Assembly (NCBI GenBank): GCA_964461045.1
Contig: CAYWSJ010000004.1
Coordinates: 1,361 to 65,360, forward strand
Length of the DNA stretch: 64,000 bases
Origin: an uncultured Bacteroidales bacterium
GTDB lineage: Bacteria; Bacteroidota; Bacteroidia; Bacteroidales; UBA12077
Direction: 5' to 3'
Shown here piece after piece: positions 38,501 through 46,504 of this stretch (its first letter is position 1; every line of letters starts with the position of its first letter). The translations under genes and the position numbers were made by a program. Below the pieces are notes generated by a model that had not been told where the DNA came from, made no database searches, and saw only the letters and a program-made list of their open reading frames with translations.

Positions 38501-41385
38501 TTAAATCAGGAGGAACTCCTCCTTATTCAAGTGTTGTATGGACAGATACCACAGGAGCTGTTATTTCAACAGAGGATACGGTGAACTTGTGTGCCGGAAA
38601 ATATTATGTAGAAGTAACAGATGCATTAGGCTGTAAAACTGTTGATTCTGTAATAGTTACAGAACCACCGGAAATTGTATTTGACTCATTAAATGTCAAT
38701 ACCATAGATGATTTAGGCGGATGTTATGGCGACAGCATAGGTGAAGCTGAAGCAGGCGCTCATGGTGGAACCGGGGTATTGGAATATTCTCTTATAGATA
38801 CAGTAGCCATGCCTTATGATACACTTGAAACGAATCTTACAGGTAACTTTTATAATTTACCTGCCGGAGGATATGTGATAGAAGTTATTGATGAACGCGG
38901 TTGTATTAAAGATACTTCATTTACTATTACGCAACCAGACAGCATAGAAATTACCTATGAATCGTTCACCTCTCTATCGGCTCCGGGAGCAAGCGATGGA
39001 ACAGTCGATGTGTATGCAGAAGGAGGGACACCGCCATTAACTTATGAGCTTTATGATTCGATACCGGAACCTGATGTGTTGGAAGCTACCATTACTACTG
39101 CAGACACTGCAAACTTCACGAATTTACCTGAAGGTGATTACTATGCTGTAGTAACAGATGTGAATGGTTGTGGACCAGACACAAGCAGTATTTTCCACGT
39201 AGCTCCTATGGAAATAGTATTTACAGTAGATTCTGTCCTTTGTTCAGGAGACTCAACAGGAATGATAGCTGCAGAGGTTGTTGGAGGTATTCCGCCTTAT
39301 ACATATCAATGGACAAGTCTGCCGACTAATGACACTTTAAGAGAGGTTGAGGGAACGCCTCTTACAACTGACACCCTGAGAAATGTTTGGGCCGGAGAAT
39401 TTGTTCTGAACGTTATTGAGGGAACAGGTATTAATGTTCGTGATACTGTAACGGTTTATGAACCAATGCCTTTGACTATTGATGCTATCTTACCCGATAG
39501 TACCGTTTCCTGTTTTAATACAGTTGATACATTTGTAGTTAACACTGTAGGAGGAACTCCTCCTTATAACGTTACATGGTATGAAAAATCAACTATGAAT
39601 GTTGTTTCTTCTGAAGATACAGCAATAATAGGAGCCGGCGAATATGTTATCAATGTCTTTGATGGTAATAATTGTTTCTATGAGGATGAAGTAACTCTTA
39701 CAGAACCTGATCCAATAAGTATTGATTCGCTTATGCCTTACTCTACTGATTCACTACAAGTATGGGCCAGCGGGGGCAATGGTCTTCTTGATATGACACT
39801 TCATTATCTGGATAGTGATGGGAATACAGATACAATTTATTATCCCGATGAAACCTACATGAATGCCAATCAGGCAACTTTTGCACAGTTTGATACCCTT
39901 CAGTCGGGTACGTATAAGATTATTGCCAATGACAGCCTGGGTTGTGAGCCTGATACACTTACGGTTTCTATTCCTCTTGATCTGCACATTTCAATAGTAG
40001 AAGAGATCTCATGTCCGGGATATGCCGATGGTTCAATTATGGTAGAAGTGGAAAGAGGTTTTGCACCTTATACTTATGAATGGTTTTATGAAGGCAATCC
40101 ATATGTAACTCATAATTCTTATAATAAACAAGATACAATCTATAATCTTGCTGCAGGAAATTATTCCGTAAGAGTAACAGATTCGTTAGGTATCTCAGCA
40201 ACTATTTCAATAGAATTGCCTGAAGGGGATGAAATAGTTTTTAATCCGGTTGTAATTGACTCTGCCAGATGTAATCAATATTTAATTTCAGATATCGGAG
40301 AGGGTCAAAACGTTAAAGATATTGGCCGGATAAAACTTGATCCTTATGGAGGTAAACCCTATGTTGATAATTCAGTGACTCCTCCGGATAGTTTCTATTT
40401 CTATACATGGAGTCAGTATGGAGAGGGAATCAGTGTGGATTCAGTTCCAAAACATGATAGCCTGGTAGATCTTACAGCTGGAGAATATATGATAACCATA
40501 TATGATAGCCAGGGTTGTAGAAATGACACATCTATTAGTATTTATGGAGATTCAGACTATGACATAGACGTAGTAATTGATCAGCCCGCCTCCAACCCAA
40601 TTTGTCTTGGTGATTCTGTATACCTGGAAGCTGATTATATCTCTTCTAATGCTGATTCAGCCATGTGGGATCCTCTTGATGACGGATTATATCCTGTAGA
40701 TGAGCTGGAAACAATAGGATTACAACCAGAGTATTCTGAAGAATACTTGTTGATTGCGACAAAGGGATATTGTGCAAATATTGATACATTAGACCTTCAG
40801 ATTCATCCGCCATTGAGATTCAGTATTGATGAAAATGATGATGAACAGGACGGAAAGATCAATATTCTTGAAACAGAAGATTCCTATGATATTCCGCTTA
40901 TTTTGGATACAGATACTGTTCAGGCTCAGTTTAGCTGGAATCCTGCAGACTATTTTGTCTATGATCTGACAACCAATATGTCACCTGATAACAGACTGTT
41001 GGTAGATAAATTAAAGACAAACGAAATAGCTGAGCAGGAGATTAAAGTACAGGCCAGTACTTTATATGGTTGTATTGAAAAAGATTCTGCAACTGTTGTG
41101 ATTGTTCCGAATGTTGAGCCTTTGGATGCGTTCACACCTAATGGTGACGGCTACAATGACAAATGGTTGATTAGATATGCCGAGCAATATCCTGAACTGG
41201 AAGTTGCTGTCTTTAACCGATGGGGAGTGGAGATTTTCCGAAGAAAACCATATACAAACGAAAATGGTTGGAATGGGAAGAATTCCAATGGAAAAGACTT
41301 GCCATCCGGAACTTATTATTACTTGATTGATACGCACGAAACAGGAGTTAGTGCATTAACCGGAACAGTAACAATTGTTCGATAA
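32509..41385 (+). CDS. giant T9SS-secreted cell-surface repeat protein (SprB-like adhesin) with type-B C-terminal sorting domain
   Basis: 2958-aa uninterrupted ORF. Signal peptide; SprB-type repeats (C..DG.I...SGGTPPY); fourteen 91-aa tandem units; P-domain-like insert. C-terminus has FTPNGDGYNDKW...NRWG...GTYYY...GTVTIVR. Confidence 0.9.
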   Translation: MSGLARSYKVLLLFFITAVFCSQPGFSQDLYWVNGQGNWNDPEHWSTQSGGTGGAAVPTSDNNVIIDGNSFTGSEEYIIIKGEATCHDFIWKEKSGNNGLKSRSFLFKNWTNTTLEVHGSVEIPSNIKNRFYGDFVLKSGHQKNTIDINSPLNADLIIDGKEGEWVLENELQTEGNIYFKQGSFTTNDHNISCNVFDGSGNKPREINFENSKVVVNQWNITNNKNSDIQSENLRLFFREGFQDGNFASAKDINYKQISSSAKASFTLSTSTDSATCWTTEDGSFSVTVSGGTMPFDYELYDDIFGGNLVDDVQNKNSRTHTFNNIYAGKYMVVVTDGDDDDQAQTNNVPPDTLQIDTVECTKALTCFDGNDAWLEAFVSGGTPPFTFTWELDKDLDNNFEDTLSSDSSVVTNMSQGVFRLTVEDANGCPTRSVTKPFLSFAGDYQDSIPDQLVIDNIETTPSCVGEDNGTITAYASGGTGEIDFFIVYTPTTDTTYDADGTFNNLAPGNYTVVAYDANNCETSQGISVGTYPKPTADAGSDEVTCEDVNFDLSNSASVPDTTDASSVTWNDDGAAGDFIDPNVLVPEYDPAPGQIGDVNLVMVVQGNGPCGSITETDTMVLTINEAPSADAGSDEEICEGSAFDFGTSTVEPTASEYSSLSWDDNGAGGNFNDNSILKPQYTPPAGFSGTITLTLTANGTGTCSAVSDDMELTVTAAPQADAGSDEEICEGDIFDFLNSGTEPSASDYNTLLWDDGGIGGSFSDNTALKPTYTPPAGFTGTVTLTLTATGNGSCAQVSDDMQLTVTAAPTADAGSDEEICEGTIFDFKNSTVEPFASDYSSLSWSDGGVGGSFSDPTALKPTYTPPADFSGTIFLTLTADGNGSCAPVSDDMELTVTAAPTADAGSDEEICESTAFDFNSSTVEPTASDYNTLSWDDGGIGGIFSDNTALKPTYTPPAGYTGLITLTLTATGNGSCAQTTDDMELTVVASPTVDAGSDEEICEGDVFDFNSSTVEPTASDYSSLSWDDGGVGGSFSDPSALKPTYTPPAGYTGTVTLTLTADGNANCAAASDDMELTITPAPTADAGSDEEICEDNTFDFNSSSVQPTASDYNTLSWDDGGVGGTFDDNSILKPQYTPPVGYTGTVTLTLTATGNGSCSSVSDNMELTVTPEPSVDAGSDEEVCEDNTFDFNSSTVEPTASEYSSLSWDDGGVGGTFSDNSVLKPQYTPPAGYSGTITLTLTANGNGSCSPVSDNMDLTVTPAPTADAGSDEEICEGDAFDFNTSTVQPSASNYSSLSWDDGGIGGSFDNSTILKPQYTPPAGYTGTVILTLTVNGNGSCSSVSDDMELTVTPAPSVDAGSDEAICEDNTFDFNSSSIQPTASEYSSLSWDDGGVGGSFSDNSVLKPQYTPPLDYTGTITLTLTANGNGPCSSVSDDMELTVTPEPTVDAGSDEEICEGNNFDFNTSAVEPTASEYSSLSWDDGGVGGSFSDNTVLKPVYTPPAGYSGTITLTLTANGNGNCAPASDDMELTVTAAPAVDAGSDEEICEGSIFDFNNSTTEPSASDYNTLTWDDGGAGGSFSDPSVLKPQYTPPVGYSGTITLTLTATGNGSCAQVADNMDLTVTAAPTADAGSDEEVCENTVFDFGSSAVQPSASNYNSLSWDDGGVGGSFNDNTILLPEYTPPVDFSGTITLTLTATGNGSCTPATDAMELTVTAAPFADAGPDSVSICYGDSVYLDQADTSNASSITWTTGGDGSFDNASIIDPSYEPGPNDLATGEVYLYLEADGNGSCNTAVDSIKIIIPPELIATIGSPRPYLIDETTTDVIVSIKVENHEYIEDLSYYLVSPNGNKMRLASYNTCFTFQQGTDLTFSTLAADTFDVCSDPLTGTYKLSGDLSVIDGEDPSNGAWRIRVEDHTPWTTNTFEGIIAEASIQFIDNHDVTGDPVTVLYEDDDVNKPIRENTGIAGDPPTYTEYTIPYGLETNCYGTCDATAVVFKSGGTPPYSSVVWTDTTGAVISTEDTVNLCAGKYYVEVTDALGCKTVDSVIVTEPPEIVFDSLNVNTIDDLGGCYGDSIGEAEAGAHGGTGVLEYSLIDTVAMPYDTLETNLTGNFYNLPAGGYVIEVIDERGCIKDTSFTITQPDSIEITYESFTSLSAPGASDGTVDVYAEGGTPPLTYELYDSIPEPDVLEATITTADTANFTNLPEGDYYAVVTDVNGCGPDTSSIFHVAPMEIVFTVDSVLCSGDSTGMIAAEVVGGIPPYTYQWTSLPTNDTLREVEGTPLTTDTLRNVWAGEFVLNVIEGTGINVRDTVTVYEPMPLTIDAILPDSTVSCFNTVDTFVVNTVGGTPPYNVTWYEKSTMNVVSSEDTAIIGAGEYVINVFDGNNCFYEDEVTLTEPDPISIDSLMPYSTDSLQVWASGGNGLLDMTLHYLDSDGNTDTIYYPDETYMNANQATFAQFDTLQSGTYKIIANDSLGCEPDTLTVSIPLDLHISIVEEISCPGYADGSIMVEVERGFAPYTYEWFYEGNPYVTHNSYNKQDTIYNLAAGNYSVRVTDSLGISATISIELPEGDEIVFNPVVIDSARCNQYLISDIGEGQNVKDIGRIKLDPYGGKPYVDNSVTPPDSFYFYTWSQYGEGISVDSVPKHDSLVDLTAGEYMITIYDSQGCRNDTSISIYGDSDYDIDVVIDQPASNPICLGDSVYLEADYISSNADSAMWDPLDDGLYPVDELETIGLQPEYSEEYLLIATKGYCANIDTLDLQIHPPLRFSIDENDDEQDGKINILETEDSYDIPLILDTDTVQAQFSWNPADYFVYDLTTNMSPDNRLLVDKLKTNEIAEQEIKVQASTLYGCIEKDSATVVIVPNVEPLDAFTPNGDGYNDKWLIRYAEQYPELEVAVFNRWGVEIFRRKPYTNENGWNGKNSNGKDLPSGTYYYLIDTHETGVSALTGTVTIVR
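34117..37944 (+). repeat. in-frame tandem array: 14 units of about 273 nt (91 aa)
   Basis: DAGSDE codon blocks start at 34117, 34396, 34669, 34942, 35215, 35488, 35761, 36034, 36307, 36580, 36853, 37126, 37399 and 37672. First spacing is 279 nt; the next twelve are exactly 273 nt. The last unit is degenerate. Confidence 0.95.
37930..38320 (+). other. proprotein-convertase P-domain-like segment inside the giant protein (approximate bounds)
   Basis: IEDLSYYLVSPNGNKMRL and NGAWRIRVEDH...GIIAEASIQF match the P-domain pattern (DL...L.SP.G....L / G.W.L.v.D). Confidence 0.55.
41128..41382 (+). other. T9SS type-B (gliding-motility-associated) C-terminal sorting domain
   Basis: AFTPNGDGYNDKWLIRY...VFNRWGVEIF...GWNGKNSNGKDLPSGTYYYLI...GTVTIVR. 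Confidence 0.85.
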
Positions 41386-41462
41386 TTTTAAACTAATAAA
41401 TCAGGATTCTCTCTGAGGAGAGATAAACCATGAGACTCAATGAATAATAAAAACTTTTGCTC

Positions 41463-42368
41463 ATGAAAACAAAAATAATTTTAACTATAGCAGGATTGTT
41501 GATTGGCTTTCAAATGATGAAAGCTCAACAAATGCCGCAGTATACACAGTATATTTTTAATGATTATATCATCAACCCGGCAGTTGCGGGTACTTCAAAC
41601 TCTCTTCAGATTCGTGGTTTTTCAAGGCAACAGTGGTTGGGTATAGAAGGTTCACCACAAACTTATAGCATTAGTGTTTATGGCCCTACAAAGGAAGAAC
41701 CTATGGGTTACGGAGGATATATTTATAATGATTATACAGGCCCGACAAGCAGACTGGTATTTAAAGGTTCTTATGCATACAATATCTTTGTGAATGAAAC
41801 AATGCGTTTGTCCGGAGGTTTGTCACTTGGGGGAATGCAGTATAAGTTTGATGGAACTGCCATTAATATGACCCCGGAATTAGAAGAAGACCCTGCCATT
41901 GATGGAACGGTAAGATCTATGTTTATCCCTGACGCAAGTGCAGGACTATATTTATATTCCACACGTTTCTTTGTTGGAATTTCTGCACACCAGTTAATAG
42001 GAAATAAATTGAATGATCTTGCCTCTGAACAAATTGGAATAAATAGATTGAAACAGCACTTTTACCTGGCAGGAGGATATAATTTGCCTCTCGAAAGAGA
42101 TTTTCTGTTGCAGCCAACTGTTTTGATTCGTCAGATGTTTCCTTCTCCACCTCAGGCTGAAATTACTGCGAAAGTCTGGTATAAGCGAATGGTATGGGGT
42201 GGATTGTCTTTCCGTACGAGCGATGCATTATCAATTATCGCAGGATATAAACATGAGAACAGGTGGTATTTTGGAGCGGCTTATGATATTACTTATTCTG
42301 ACCTGAGGCAATACTCCAGAGGTACAGTAGAAGTAATGTTTGGATTTAAATTCAGCGATATTAAATAG
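41463..42368 (+). CDS. PorP/SprF-family type IX secretion system membrane protein
   Basis: QQMPQYTQYIFNDYIINPAVAG N-terminal signature, beta-barrel-like alternation and a C-terminal F. ATG at 41463 preferred to the TTG at 41457. Confidence 0.85.
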   Translation: MKTKIILTIAGLLIGFQMMKAQQMPQYTQYIFNDYIINPAVAGTSNSLQIRGFSRQQWLGIEGSPQTYSISVYGPTKEEPMGYGGYIYNDYTGPTSRLVFKGSYAYNIFVNETMRLSGGLSLGGMQYKFDGTAINMTPELEEDPAIDGTVRSMFIPDASAGLYLYSTRFFVGISAHQLIGNKLNDLASEQIGINRLKQHFYLAGGYNLPLERDFLLQPTVLIRQMFPSPPQAEITAKVWYKRMVWGGLSFRTSDALSIIAGYKHENRWYFGAAYDITYSDLRQYSRGTVEVMFGFKFSDIK

Positions 42369-42418
42369 TTTTATTGATATTATTTCTTTTTTTAATAGCT
42401 GTCTCAGTTAAGATTCTG

Positions 42419-42426
42419 TAAATTTG
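42419..42426 (+). promoter_or_regulatory. -7 box TAAATTTG
   Basis: Matches TAnnTTTG, 40 nt upstream of the ATG at 42467. It lies in the loop of the ATTCTGT/ACAGAAT inverted repeat (42413-42434). Confidence 0.35.
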
Positions 42427-42466
42427 CACAGAATATAGAGATGGCTATTTACGTTTTAATTTAATT

Positions 42467-42850
42467 ATGAGAAAGATTATAGTATTTGTTATTATGTCTT
42501 TATTCTTTTTAGGGTGTCAGGATAAAGAGGAAAAGATCATCCCCAAAAAAGATATGGAGGATATTCTGGTTGAAATGCATATTTTTGATGGAATGATAGC
42601 CCATTCTGCCTATAGAGGACAACTTGACAGTATTGATACTTTAAGTTATGAAGAAGCTATTCTGCATAGGTATGATTATACAAGGGCCCAGTTTGATTCT
42701 TCTCTTAATTACTATTCTGCTAACCTGAGAGATTTTGATAAAATATACCAGGCTGTTTTAAACAGGTTGAACCGCATGCAAACAGAAGCAAAAGAGAAAG
42801 ATGATAAGAGTACTTTAAAGAGAAAGTCAAGAACCCCTCCCAAAAAATAA
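42467..42850 (+). CDS. small lipoprotein (DUF4296-like)
   Basis: 127 aa. Lipobox LFFLGC, then IPKKDMEDILVEMHIFDG pattern. Confidence 0.55.
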   Translation: MRKIIVFVIMSLFFLGCQDKEEKIIPKKDMEDILVEMHIFDGMIAHSAYRGQLDSIDTLSYEEAILHRYDYTRAQFDSSLNYYSANLRDFDKIYQAVLNRLNRMQTEAKEKDDKSTLKRKSRTPPKK

Positions 42851-43960
42851 ATGAGAAGAATTTCTGCAAATTATATATTACCTGTTAATTCGCCTCCAAT
42901 AAGGAATGGAATTATAGAACTTGATGAAAAAGGTTTTATTATTGATATAATTGATCCCGGTAAAACATTTAAAGAAATCAGAAACCTGGAATTTTATAAT
43001 GGTGTCTTAATTCCGGGTTTTATTGATTCTTACAGCAGACTTGAATTTTCCTGCCTAGAAGAAGAACCTGCATCAAACATGAGTCCTGTTGAATTTTATA
43101 GTAGAATTAAAGAAAAGAGTGCATCAATTTCCTTTGAAAAAAAACAGAAAATCCTGAAAAATGCAGATTTTTTTAAGAATGCATCAGGAATAGCTGCTGC
43201 CCTGGATCATTGTTTTTTTAATGATACCTTTCCTGTGAAAAAAAACAGCCAGGTTTACTATTATACTTTAATCGAAGCAATCTCAAAGTTAGAATCCGCA
43301 GATGATTATATTAAGAATGCCGGAGAAATATTAAAACAAATGATTGAATTATACTCAATCCAAGGTAATCTTACTCCTGCAGCGTTATTTTCTGTAAACA
43401 GTAAGTTCCATGGTGATCTTATTCGTAAAAATCCAGTTCCTTCAATTTATTCTGTCTCCCTCTTTAAAGCCAATGAAAAGTATTCCAGGGAAAACCTTAA
43501 CGAGAATGTAGACTATTTTTTTAAGGATTGGTTGCGATGCGATAATAATGTATTGTTCATTAGAGATTTTTATGATAAATTTTCAGGTAACGTAATTAGC
43601 ATGCCCGGGGATTATAAAAATATTTATTATACTTTGAATTATCCTTTCGGACAAAGTTTGCCATCCTTAAGTTTTTTGAGTGAAAAATCCGGGTTTATAA
43701 CTTTGGGAACAGGTTGCCGGCCTGCTGGTAATACCTCATCAATCTTAGATGTAATCAAAGAATTGCAGCGATTATCTTCCTCTGTTAACTTCAATGAGTT
43801 GTTATCCTGGAGTACGATTAACGGTGCCAGGGCACTGGGTATGGAAGATTCATACGGCACACTTGAGAAAAATAAAAAACCCGGTATTAACCTGTTAGAG
43901 CCTTTTGACTTTTCTAAATGGAGGTTAAAAGAAGAAAGCACTGTTAAAAAACTTGCCTGA
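42851..43960 (+). CDS. amidohydrolase-fold protein lacking the HxH metal motif
   Basis: 369 aa. N-terminal beta-sandwich lead-in (NGIIELDEKGFIIDI...PGFIDSYSRLEFS) and a C-terminal GTLEKNKKPGINLL pattern. Starts directly after the preceding stop. Confidence 0.6.
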   Translation: MRRISANYILPVNSPPIRNGIIELDEKGFIIDIIDPGKTFKEIRNLEFYNGVLIPGFIDSYSRLEFSCLEEEPASNMSPVEFYSRIKEKSASISFEKKQKILKNADFFKNASGIAAALDHCFFNDTFPVKKNSQVYYYTLIEAISKLESADDYIKNAGEILKQMIELYSIQGNLTPAALFSVNSKFHGDLIRKNPVPSIYSVSLFKANEKYSRENLNENVDYFFKDWLRCDNNVLFIRDFYDKFSGNVISMPGDYKNIYYTLNYPFGQSLPSLSFLSEKSGFITLGTGCRPAGNTSSILDVIKELQRLSSSVNFNELLSWSTINGARALGMEDSYGTLEKNKKPGINLLEPFDFSKWRLKEESTVKKLA

Positions 43961-44033
43961 TTTTTATTACTTCCTGATTTTTCATGTAGAATTTTTCTTT
44001 TAATGTATCTTTGTTCAGCAAAATTTGAAATCT

Positions 44034-44810
44034 ATGGCTACTTTTTTGTTCGATGAGATTATTTTTGGCCCTGTAAGCAGCAGACGCCTTGGAGCTTCTT
44101 TAGGTATAAACCTGCTTCCCAATGACAGGAAAATCTGCACTTTTAATTGTATTTACTGTGAATGTGGCTGGACTGATAAGAATGTTAATAAAAAGAGCTT
44201 TCACCCGAGGAAGGAAGTGAGTTCTAACCTGGAAAGCAAACTAAAAAAAATGATCCAAAATAAGGAGCCATTAGACACCATCACGTTTGCCGGAAATGGT
44301 GAACCTACCATGCATCCGGAGTTTGATTTGATTATTCAGGATACCATTGGAATAAGAAACCGCTTGTTTCCCAAAGCAAAAATTGCTGTTCTGTCTAATG
44401 CCAGTTTACTGCACAAGCCAAAAGTTTTTAATGCATTGACTCAAATCGATCAAAGCATTTTAAAGCTTGATTCGGTTTTTGAAGATACTGTTCAACTGAT
44501 AAATCAACCCTATAAAGGATTCGATCTAAAGAGAACGATTAACAACCTTATTCGTTTCAACAGGGGATCAATTATTCAGACAATGTTCATAAAAGGTTCT
44601 TATGAAGGACAGACTTTTGACAATACAAAAGAAGAAGAGTTGGAGCCCTGGTTACAAACGATAAAAAAAATTAATCCGGTGCAGGTAATGATTTATACAA
44701 TAGCAAGAGATACTCCTGCAGAAGGAATAAAAAAAATACCCTATGAGAAACTGAAAGAGATAGGAGAAAGGGTAGAAAATTTAGGTATTTCTGTTCAAAT
44801 TAGTGATTAA
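44034..44810 (+). CDS. radical SAM protein
   Basis: CTFNCIYC (CxxxCxxC) and FAGNGEPTMHP. ATG at 44034 preferred to the TTG at 44025. Confidence 0.7.
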   Translation: MATFLFDEIIFGPVSSRRLGASLGINLLPNDRKICTFNCIYCECGWTDKNVNKKSFHPRKEVSSNLESKLKKMIQNKEPLDTITFAGNGEPTMHPEFDLIIQDTIGIRNRLFPKAKIAVLSNASLLHKPKVFNALTQIDQSILKLDSVFEDTVQLINQPYKGFDLKRTINNLIRFNRGSIIQTMFIKGSYEGQTFDNTKEEELEPWLQTIKKINPVQVMIYTIARDTPAEGIKKIPYEKLKEIGERVENLGISVQISD

Positions 44811-44812
44811 TT

Positions 44813-45910
44813 TTGAATTCTGGCCAAAAAAAACGGGTTTTAGTTGCCCCCTTAAACTGGGGGCTAGGGCATGCAGCAAGAATAATTCCAATTATTAAAC
44901 TGCTTATAGAACAAGAATTTGATGTTATTATAGGTGCATATGGAAGATCTGGAGAGCTTTTAAAAAGAGAATTCCCGAATCTTAAATATATTGAATTTCC
45001 TTCCTATAGCATAGAATATTCAACATGTAATAAACAGACGATAAAAATATTGTTTCAGATTCCGGCAATACTATTCTGGACATTAAAGGAGCACTTCAGG
45101 TTAAAAAAAATTGTCAGGAAGCATTACATATCGATTGTTATCTCTGACCACAGGTACGGTCTCTGGAACAAAAAAACCTATAACATTTTTCTTATTCATC
45201 AGCTTAATATGCGATTTCCTAAAGGAGTCCGAATATTTGAGAATTTATTTAATAAGCTTCAGCATTATGTGATCAGGAAATATAATGAATGCTGGGTCCC
45301 TGATTTTGAATTTCCTGATAATCTTGGTGGAGAGTTGACCCGTCAACCCCGGGGTATTATGAATTTAAAATATACCGGACCTTTGTCCAGGTTTAAGGAT
45401 TTGAGTATATACAATAAAAATGAAAGAACTTATGAGATTTTGGTGGTACTTTCAGGCCCTGAGCCACAAAGGACAATTCTGGAAGATAAGCTGGTGAAAG
45501 AACTTCAGGAAATAAAAAAAACGGTTTTGTTTGTGCGAGGAGTTGTAGGACAAGATGAGATTTACGCAAAGGAGGGTATTCATTATGTAGATATGCTCAC
45601 TTCTGATAAGCTTGGAAAATATTTAGCTTTAGCAGAATGTGTAATATGCAGGTCTGGTTATACTTCTGTAATGGATTTATATCTATTACAGAAAAAAGCT
45701 ATACTAATACCAACGCCCGGGCAGCCGGAGCAAGAATATCTTGCATGGTGGCTGGATTCAAAGGGTTATTTTATAAAGACAGAACAGGATAAACTTTTAT
45801 TTGAGAATGCCATTAAAAGACTTCAATCAGTAAAATTTCCAGAATTAAATTATAACGATGCTCTTCTCTGTCTGGTAAACAAGATTAGTTCTAAAACAGC
45901 ATATATGTAG
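44813..45910 (+). CDS. GT-B fold glycosyltransferase (MurG/UGT-like)
   Basis: 365 aa. N-terminal VAPLNWGLGHAAR and C-terminal CRSGYTSVMD...PGQPEQEY. TTG start, with no nearby ATG. Confidence 0.65.
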   Translation: MNSGQKKRVLVAPLNWGLGHAARIIPIIKLLIEQEFDVIIGAYGRSGELLKREFPNLKYIEFPSYSIEYSTCNKQTIKILFQIPAILFWTLKEHFRLKKIVRKHYISIVISDHRYGLWNKKTYNIFLIHQLNMRFPKGVRIFENLFNKLQHYVIRKYNECWVPDFEFPDNLGGELTRQPRGIMNLKYTGPLSRFKDLSIYNKNERTYEILVVLSGPEPQRTILEDKLVKELQEIKKTVLFVRGVVGQDEIYAKEGIHYVDMLTSDKLGKYLALAECVICRSGYTSVMDLYLLQKKAILIPTPGQPEQEYLAWWLDSKGYFIKTEQDKLLFENAIKRLQSVKFPELNYNDALLCLVNKISSKTAYM

Positions 45911-46499
45911 CGATTAGAACCACTACCCCCGTCCCGAAACCGGTATATATTTGCCCGGGATTATGGAGTTTGAGTATCATTCTGGATGATCCCAAAAGAC
46001 CTGCAACAAAAATGGTCGCTATTATGTAAGGTATAAAGTCGGTATTCATATTAAAAGTGAAGACAATAAGCGCACCAAACAGTCCTCCGATTCCTGCCAT
46101 ATGTGCACTGATTTTCCATTTAATACTAATCAGCAGTATCACTACAATTATAAAGGCGGCTGCCAGAATGAGGTTGTTAATTGTGTCTGGAACACCCATT
46201 CTCCCAAGCATCATATAAGCGATAAAATATAATATTCCAATTACTGCAAAAGGTAAATAACGTTCCCTGGTGGTTTTCATCTCAAAATTATTGATTACCT
46301 TTTGAAAGTAGAAAAGAGGGATAAAAGCCAGTGGTATGATGCATGTGCTCAAAAATATTGACAGAAAAATAAGTTTCTTTGCTTCATAGGGCAGCAAAGA
46401 ATAAAAAGTTTCAGAATTAAAAAGAATAAGCAATCCGTAAGTAGGAATTAGTAAGGGGTTAAATATTCCGGATATTGTTTTGGCTATTATTCTTTTCAT
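45891..46499 (-). CDS. PAP2-like membrane protein
   Basis: 202 aa with 6 hydrophobic segments. ISAHMAG and SSRMILKLHNPGQ resemble PAP2 motifs 2 and 3. Motif-level call only. Confidence 0.45.
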   Translation of the reverse strand: MKRIIAKTISGIFNPLLIPTYGLLILFNSETFYSLLPYEAKKLIFLSIFLSTCIIPLAFIPLFYFQKVINNFEMKTTRERYLPFAVIGILYFIAYMMLGRMGVPDTINNLILAAAFIIVVILLISIKWKISAHMAGIGGLFGALIVFTFNMNTDFIPYIIATIFVAGLLGSSRMILKLHNPGQIYTGFGTGVVVLIATYMLF

Positions 46500-46504
46500 T
46501 GGTT

